A stretch of 30,320 nt of DNA from a virus. Taxonomy: Duplodnaviria > Heunggongvirae > Uroviricota > Caudoviricetes. The translations under genes were made by a program, and so were the position numbers. The DNA is taken from the IMG/VR virus record IMGVR_UViG_2663762810_000003. One strand, written 5' to 3'. Shown in pieces: positions 26,408-30,320 of this stretch (position 1 is its first letter; each line of letters begins with the position of its first letter). Under the pieces are notes generated by a model, which saw only the letters and a list, made by a program, of their open reading frames with translations, did no database searches and had not been told where the DNA came from.

Positions 26408-26564
26408 AGCTTCAGCCCCTTGTATCCGTTAAATGATTCGGCAACAATCATCACCCACCACGCGCGTAATCTCACCCCTGCGCCGTTCTCCCGCCACGGC
26501 GACAACAAAAAGCAGTAACCCCCTCCGCACGCACATGCGACCATGCCGCACAGGGAGGGAACAG

Positions 26565-27674
26565 ATGACCGACACCACCATGCAATTGCTCAGTCAGGGC
26601 ACAGACCCCGTGAAAATGCCGGATTTTGATATTCTCGCGGAGGGTAAAACGCTGTCAGGCGTGGCAGAGCGCCTGATGAGCCTGTCACTGACCGACAACC
26701 GGGGATTTGAAGCGGACCAGCTCACCATCACGCTGGATGATGCGGATGGTCAGTTGCAGCTACCGCCACGGGGCGCGCGCCTGACGGTTCTCATTGGCTG
26801 GAAAGGAGAACCGCTGACAGAAAAAGGCACTTACATTGTTGATGAAATCGCTCACGAAGGACCGCCGGACAGGCTGACTGTTTCAGCCAGAAGCGCAGAT
26901 TTCCGGGATGAATTTAACGTTAAACGTGAGGTGTCCTGGCATGATGTGACCGTTGAGCGTGTGGTATCCGCCATCGCTCATCGGTATGGTCTGAAACCGC
27001 AAATCAGCGAAATGCTGATGGATATCGAAATCGACCACGCCGACCAGACCGAAGAAAGCGACATGTCCTTCCTTACGCGCATGGCGGAAATGCTGGGCGC
27101 AATCACCACGGTAAAAAGCGGTAATCTGTTATTCATCATGCCCGGCGGTGGCGTGAACGCACAGGGCCAGCCGTTGCCATCGTTCGCCATCACACGCAGT
27201 AGCGGCGATCGCCATCAGTTCCGCATTGCTGACCGCGAGGCGTATACGGGGGTACGCGCTTACTGGCTTGATCTTAATTACGGGAAAAAGAAAAAAGTCA
27301 GCGTGAAACGCCGCAAACCGCCACAACCGAAAAAAGAGAAAAGCAGCAGCCGTGAAGGTGATTATATGGAAGGCGCGGAAGGCAATGTGTTTGTGTTACG
27401 CAAGACTTATCAGAACGAGCAGGCAGCAAGACGCGCAGCGGCGGCAAAGTGGCAACAACTACAACGCGGAGCCGCATCATTCTCCATCACGCTGGCACGT
27501 GGACGAGCAGAACTCTACCCCGAAATGCATGGCACGGTAACAGGATTTAAAAGCGAGATTGATAATCAGGACTGGATTATTGCAAAAGCCGAGCACACCA
27601 TTGATAACAGCGGCTTTACCACGCAGCTTGAGCTTGAGGCAAAAATCCCGGAATGGATAGCGGAAACAGAGTGA
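26565..27674 (+). CDS. D: tail protein gpD
   Basis: 369 aa from the ATG at 26565 with GGGAGGGAA SD; the track ORF from 26433 over-extends; P2 D-like. Confidence 0.85.
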   Translation: MTDTTMQLLSQGTDPVKMPDFDILAEGKTLSGVAERLMSLSLTDNRGFEADQLTITLDDADGQLQLPPRGARLTVLIGWKGEPLTEKGTYIVDEIAHEGPPDRLTVSARSADFRDEFNVKREVSWHDVTVERVVSAIAHRYGLKPQISEMLMDIEIDHADQTEESDMSFLTRMAEMLGAITTVKSGNLLFIMPGGGVNAQGQPLPSFAITRSSGDRHQFRIADREAYTGVRAYWLDLNYGKKKKVSVKRRKPPQPKKEKSSSREGDYMEGAEGNVFVLRKTYQNEQAARRAAAAKWQQLQRGAASFSITLARGRAELYPEMHGTVTGFKSEIDNQDWIIAKAEHTIDNSGFTTQLELEAKIPEWIAETE

Positions 27675-27716
27675 GCAACTTAGAATAGCGGCAGCACCAC
27701 GTTAAAGGAGGTCGCT

Positions 27717-27977
27717 ATGTTCCGTTGTCCGCTTTGTGGCGCATCTGCCCGTATCCGCACCAGTCGTCCGGAAAATGATTCAAACACCGTGCGGCAAAAG
27801 TATTACCAGTGTAACAACCTGGAATGCGGCGTATGCTTCTCAACACTGGAAGCTTTCCATAAATTCACATCGAAACACGCCTCCGGCGTTCACTCATCAG
27901 AAGGTATCCCGTGGCATGAGCTGCCAGCTTCACACAGGGGAAACAATCAGATGAGTTTGCCTTTACCTCAGAATTAA
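27717..27977 (+). CDS. ogr: Ogr-family zinc-finger late-gene activator
   Basis: MFRCPLCGASARIRTSR...YYQCNNLEC resembles P2 Ogr (MFHCPLC...RTSR...QCQNVNC); 86 aa, longer than P2 Ogr. Confidence 0.7.
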   Translation: MFRCPLCGASARIRTSRPENDSNTVRQKYYQCNNLECGVCFSTLEAFHKFTSKHASGVHSSEGIPWHELPASHRGNNQMSLPLPQN

Positions 27978-28166
27978 CAGGCAGAATTGCCGGAGTAACA
28001 AAAAAGCGATAGATTACGTGCGGGTGCCTTTCGGCTGATGGTCGGAGGGAATACCCGAAGGCCGGATGTGGAAAGGCCCCGGAAAACATTTCTGTTTAAC
28101 CGAGGCCCTAACCCGTCAACCTAGCAAGTGATAGGTTAGCGCCTCTCCAACAAAGGAGCAAGCGCT

Positions 28167-28307
28167 ATGTCGCAAAAATCGCTTACGGCCATCACGTTCT
28201 GCGTGACGGTAATCCTCATCATCTGGATGCTGCACGGTTCGCTGTGTGAAATACGGATGAGCTTCTGGGGAGCGGAGTTTGCGGCGTTCTTACAGTGTAA
28301 GCAGTAA
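28167..28307 (+). CDS. Hok/Gef-family type I toxin (46 aa)
   Basis: MSQKSLTAITFCVTVILIIWMLHGSLCEIRMSFWGAEFAAFLQCKQ; hydrophobic helix then SLCEIR and AAF as in Hok/Gef; AAAGGAG SD; below the ORF-track cut-off. Confidence 0.6.
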   Translation: MSQKSLTAITFCVTVILIIWMLHGSLCEIRMSFWGAEFAAFLQCKQ

Positions 28308-28395
28308 GGAAACCGCGACGGGGAGGCAACTCCCCGTCAATCGGTTGCTAGGGTAAGGCCGATAAGGCACCCTATCTCATAGGCATGAATAACAA

Positions 28396-28428
28396 CCCCG
28401 CAGCGTAAAAACTGCGGGGTTTCTTTTT
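28396..28428. terminator. stem-loop terminator (CCCCGCAG / CTGCGGGG, then TTTCTTTTT) between the convergent hok-like gene and 28497..28778
   Basis: 8-bp GC-rich stem followed by a T run on the plus strand. Confidence 0.55.
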
Positions 28429-28496
28429 GGAACTCTCACTAGCTAGTGAGCCGTTAACTGCACATAATGCTCGCACAACAAATCAGTTAAAAGAGA

Positions 28497-28778
28497 TTAC
28501 TCAGCATTCTCCTGCTTCCATTGCCGGATCATTTCATCGGTAACATCACTTTCATAACATACCACGTCATACCCTCCAGTACGGCTATATGCACTGCGTC
28601 CACCACATCTACTACCATTCCTTGCATGATTATACGGACACGCACAATTGCCTGGATAAGATTCAATGGATTCTTTAATTATTTCTTTCTTGATCTGAGC
28701 ATCTGACTTTCCTGTTGCTGCATACCCACTAAAAGATACCAAACAAAGGCAGATTGCCATTAATAAACCACATCGCAT
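28497..28778 (-). CDS. small Cys-rich secreted protein (start at MRCGLL; upstream in-frame ATG at 28892 is an alternative)
   Basis: Signal-like MRCGLLMAICLCLVSFSGYAATG, then GNCACPY...RCGG...VVCYE; AT-rich; no clear SD. Confidence 0.4.
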   Translation of the reverse strand: MRCGLLMAICLCLVSFSGYAATGKSDAQIKKEIIKESIESYPGNCACPYNHARNGSRCGGRSAYSRTGGYDVVCYESDVTDEMIRQWKQENAE

Positions 28779-29251
28779 ACCGATACACTCTATTACTAAC
28801 CAATCATAGCCCACATCATAAAATCGAGATGAGGAGTACAACACCTTTAACAAGAAGGTGCCATCACGATAATATGCCGTGCAATTCATCAAAAAAAAGA
28901 TCTATATCAAAGAGATAGAGTTATTATCAGTGCTGCAGACATCAGCATTCGAGGCAGCAGAAAGACAGTAAATCTAACGAATTTGTCTTTTTCTCAGGAT
29001 GTTGTCAGATTAAAAAAGATAGAGTAGCGCAGACACCTTTTGGTGGATGGTAGGAGGAAAAATGAAGTTGAGTGGGAAGATCCCAGAAAAAACTTTGGTT
29101 TAACCAAGGCCCTAGTTCAATATGCGAAATGCAGATGAGTTGCAGGAGAGTTTTGCTTCACCCTTAGAGTTTAAACAGACGTGTACTATCATTATTTCTG
29201 CATATCGCCACACCATCGCCACTTTACCGCCATTTAACAAAATACAAATAC

Positions 29252-29274
29252 AAAAAACCACCCGAAGGTGGTTT
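29252..29274 (-). terminator. rho-independent terminator of the glyW-cysT-leuZ operon
   Basis: On the minus strand: CCACC-TTCG-GGTGG followed by a T run, about 45 nt past the leuZ 3' end. Confidence 0.5.
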
Positions 29275-29317
29275 CACGACACTGCTTATTGCTTTGATTT
29301 TATTCTTATCTTTCCCA

Positions 29318-29404
29318 TGGTACCCGGAGCGGGACTTGAACCCGCACAGCGCGAACGCCGAGGGATTTTAAATCCCTTGTGTCTACCGATTCCACCATCC
29401 GGGC
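29318..29404 (-). tRNA. leuZ: tRNA-Leu (anticodon UAA), 87 nt with long variable arm
   Basis: Reverse complement reads GCCCGGATGGTGGAATCGGTAGACACAAGGGATTTAAAATCCCTCGGCGTTCGCGCTGTGCGGGTTCAAGTCCCGCTCCGGGTACCA. Confidence 0.95.
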
Positions 29405-29416
29405 TCGGGAAGAAAG

Positions 29417-29490
29417 TGGAGGCGCGTTCCGGAGTCGAACCGGACTAGACGGATTTGCAATCCGCTACATAACCGCTTTGTTAACGCGCC
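29417..29490 (-). tRNA. cysT: tRNA-Cys (anticodon GCA), 74 nt
   Basis: Reverse complement reads GGCGCGTTAACAAAGCGGTTATGTAGCGGATTGCAAATCCGTCTAGTCCGGTTCGACTCCGGAACGCGCCTCCA. Confidence 0.95.
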
Positions 29491-29544
29491 AAATTCTTCA
29501 GGCCTTTCAGCCAGACATCCGCTTGAGGCCGATGTCTTTTAAAC

Positions 29545-29620
<76 letters not shown>

Positions 29621-29693
29621 ATTCATCAAGCAATCAGTTAATCACTTGATTTTATTATCGTCTGGCAATCAGTGCCGCCGTTCGATGCGTTGC

Positions 29694-29720
29694 ATTCTAC
29701 TTACCTGGCGCGATGAGTCA
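29694..29720 (-). promoter_or_regulatory. candidate sigma70 promoter of the tRNA operon (TTGACT, 16-17 nt, TAGAAT on the minus strand)
   Basis: Hexamers read on the reverse complement between pgsA and glyW. Confidence 0.4.
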
Positions 29721-29771
29721 ACGATATTTTTCACCACTTTTGATCGTTTGCTGAAAATTGCGCCGAAACGA

Positions 29772-30320
29772 TCACTGATCAAGCAAATCTGCACGCGCAG
29801 CGCTCAAATATTGCAACATTGACCACAGAGTGAGTACCGCAGCCACAAAGAAAAGTGCAATACCGGCGTACTCAACCCAAATGTTCGGACGCCACAGCAG
29901 CCAGGCCAACGCCACCATCTGGGCAGTGGTTTTCACTTTCCCAATCCAGGAGACAGCCACGCTACTGCGTTTACCCAACTCCGCCATCCATTCGCGTAGC
30001 GCAGAAATAATAATTTCACGGGCAATCATCGTTGCCGCCGGTAAGGTCACCCACCAGCTGTGGTAATGCTCGGTTACCAGCACCATGGCGATAGCCACGA
30101 GAACTTTATCTGCTACAGGGTCAAGGAAAGCACCAAACCGGGTACTCTGGTTCCAGCGGCGTGCCAGAAAACCATCGAACCAGTCAGTCACCGCCGCGAC
30201 GCAGAAAATGAGCGCGGCGGCAAACGGCGACCAGGTGACAGGCAGATAAAAGACCAATACAAAGAATGGGATAAGGATGACACGGAACAGTGTAAGCAAC
30301 GTAGGGATATTAAATTGCAT
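29772..30320 (-). CDS. pgsA: CDP-diacylglycerol--glycerol-3-phosphate 3-phosphatidyltransferase
   Basis: 182 aa recognised as E. coli PgsA ([20 protein letters not shown]...[30 protein letters not shown]); conserved pgsA-glyW-cysT-leuZ synteny; start codon is at the window end. Confidence 0.95.

Larger units (their letters stand above)
1..27977. mobile_element. P2-family prophage, rearranged and probably defective (int to ogr); left attachment site lies outside the window, right boundary between ogr and leuZ is unresolved
   Basis: Collinear P2-type genes (int, C-like repressor, cox-like, A, Q, P, I, H, G, FI, FII, E/E', T, U, D, ogr) recognised from translations; capsid, lysis and most baseplate genes are absent. 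Confidence 0.8.

Overview
The window is an enterobacterial (E. coli-like) chromosomal segment almost entirely occupied by a rearranged, apparently defective P2-family prophage (about 1..27977). Host genes at the right end are the leuZ-cysT-glyW tRNA operon and a complete pgsA, all on the minus strand. Prophage order: integrase, two cargo genes, CI-like repressor (all minus); rightward early operon ending in the gpA rolling-circle initiator; an AT-rich accessory locus with a solitary KAP-family P-loop NTPase; portal Q and terminase P (minus); about 1 kb of F-plasmid transfer DNA (trbI 3' end, traW, traU 5' end) where the capsid, lysis and most baseplate genes should be; I, H, G with a ~3 kb invertible tail-fibre segment and a Gin/Pin-type invertase; a tail block U-T-E/E'-FII-FI in inverted orientation; then D and ogr. 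Between ogr and the tRNAs lie a Hok/Gef-like toxin ORF (not in the ORF track) and a small Cys-rich secreted protein. The best candidates for an undescribed system are the KAP NTPase in the A-to-Q accessory locus and the two-gene cargo co-oriented with the repressor and integrase. All protein identifications are from reading the translations and recalling family signatures; no database search was run, and GC content was judged by eye.
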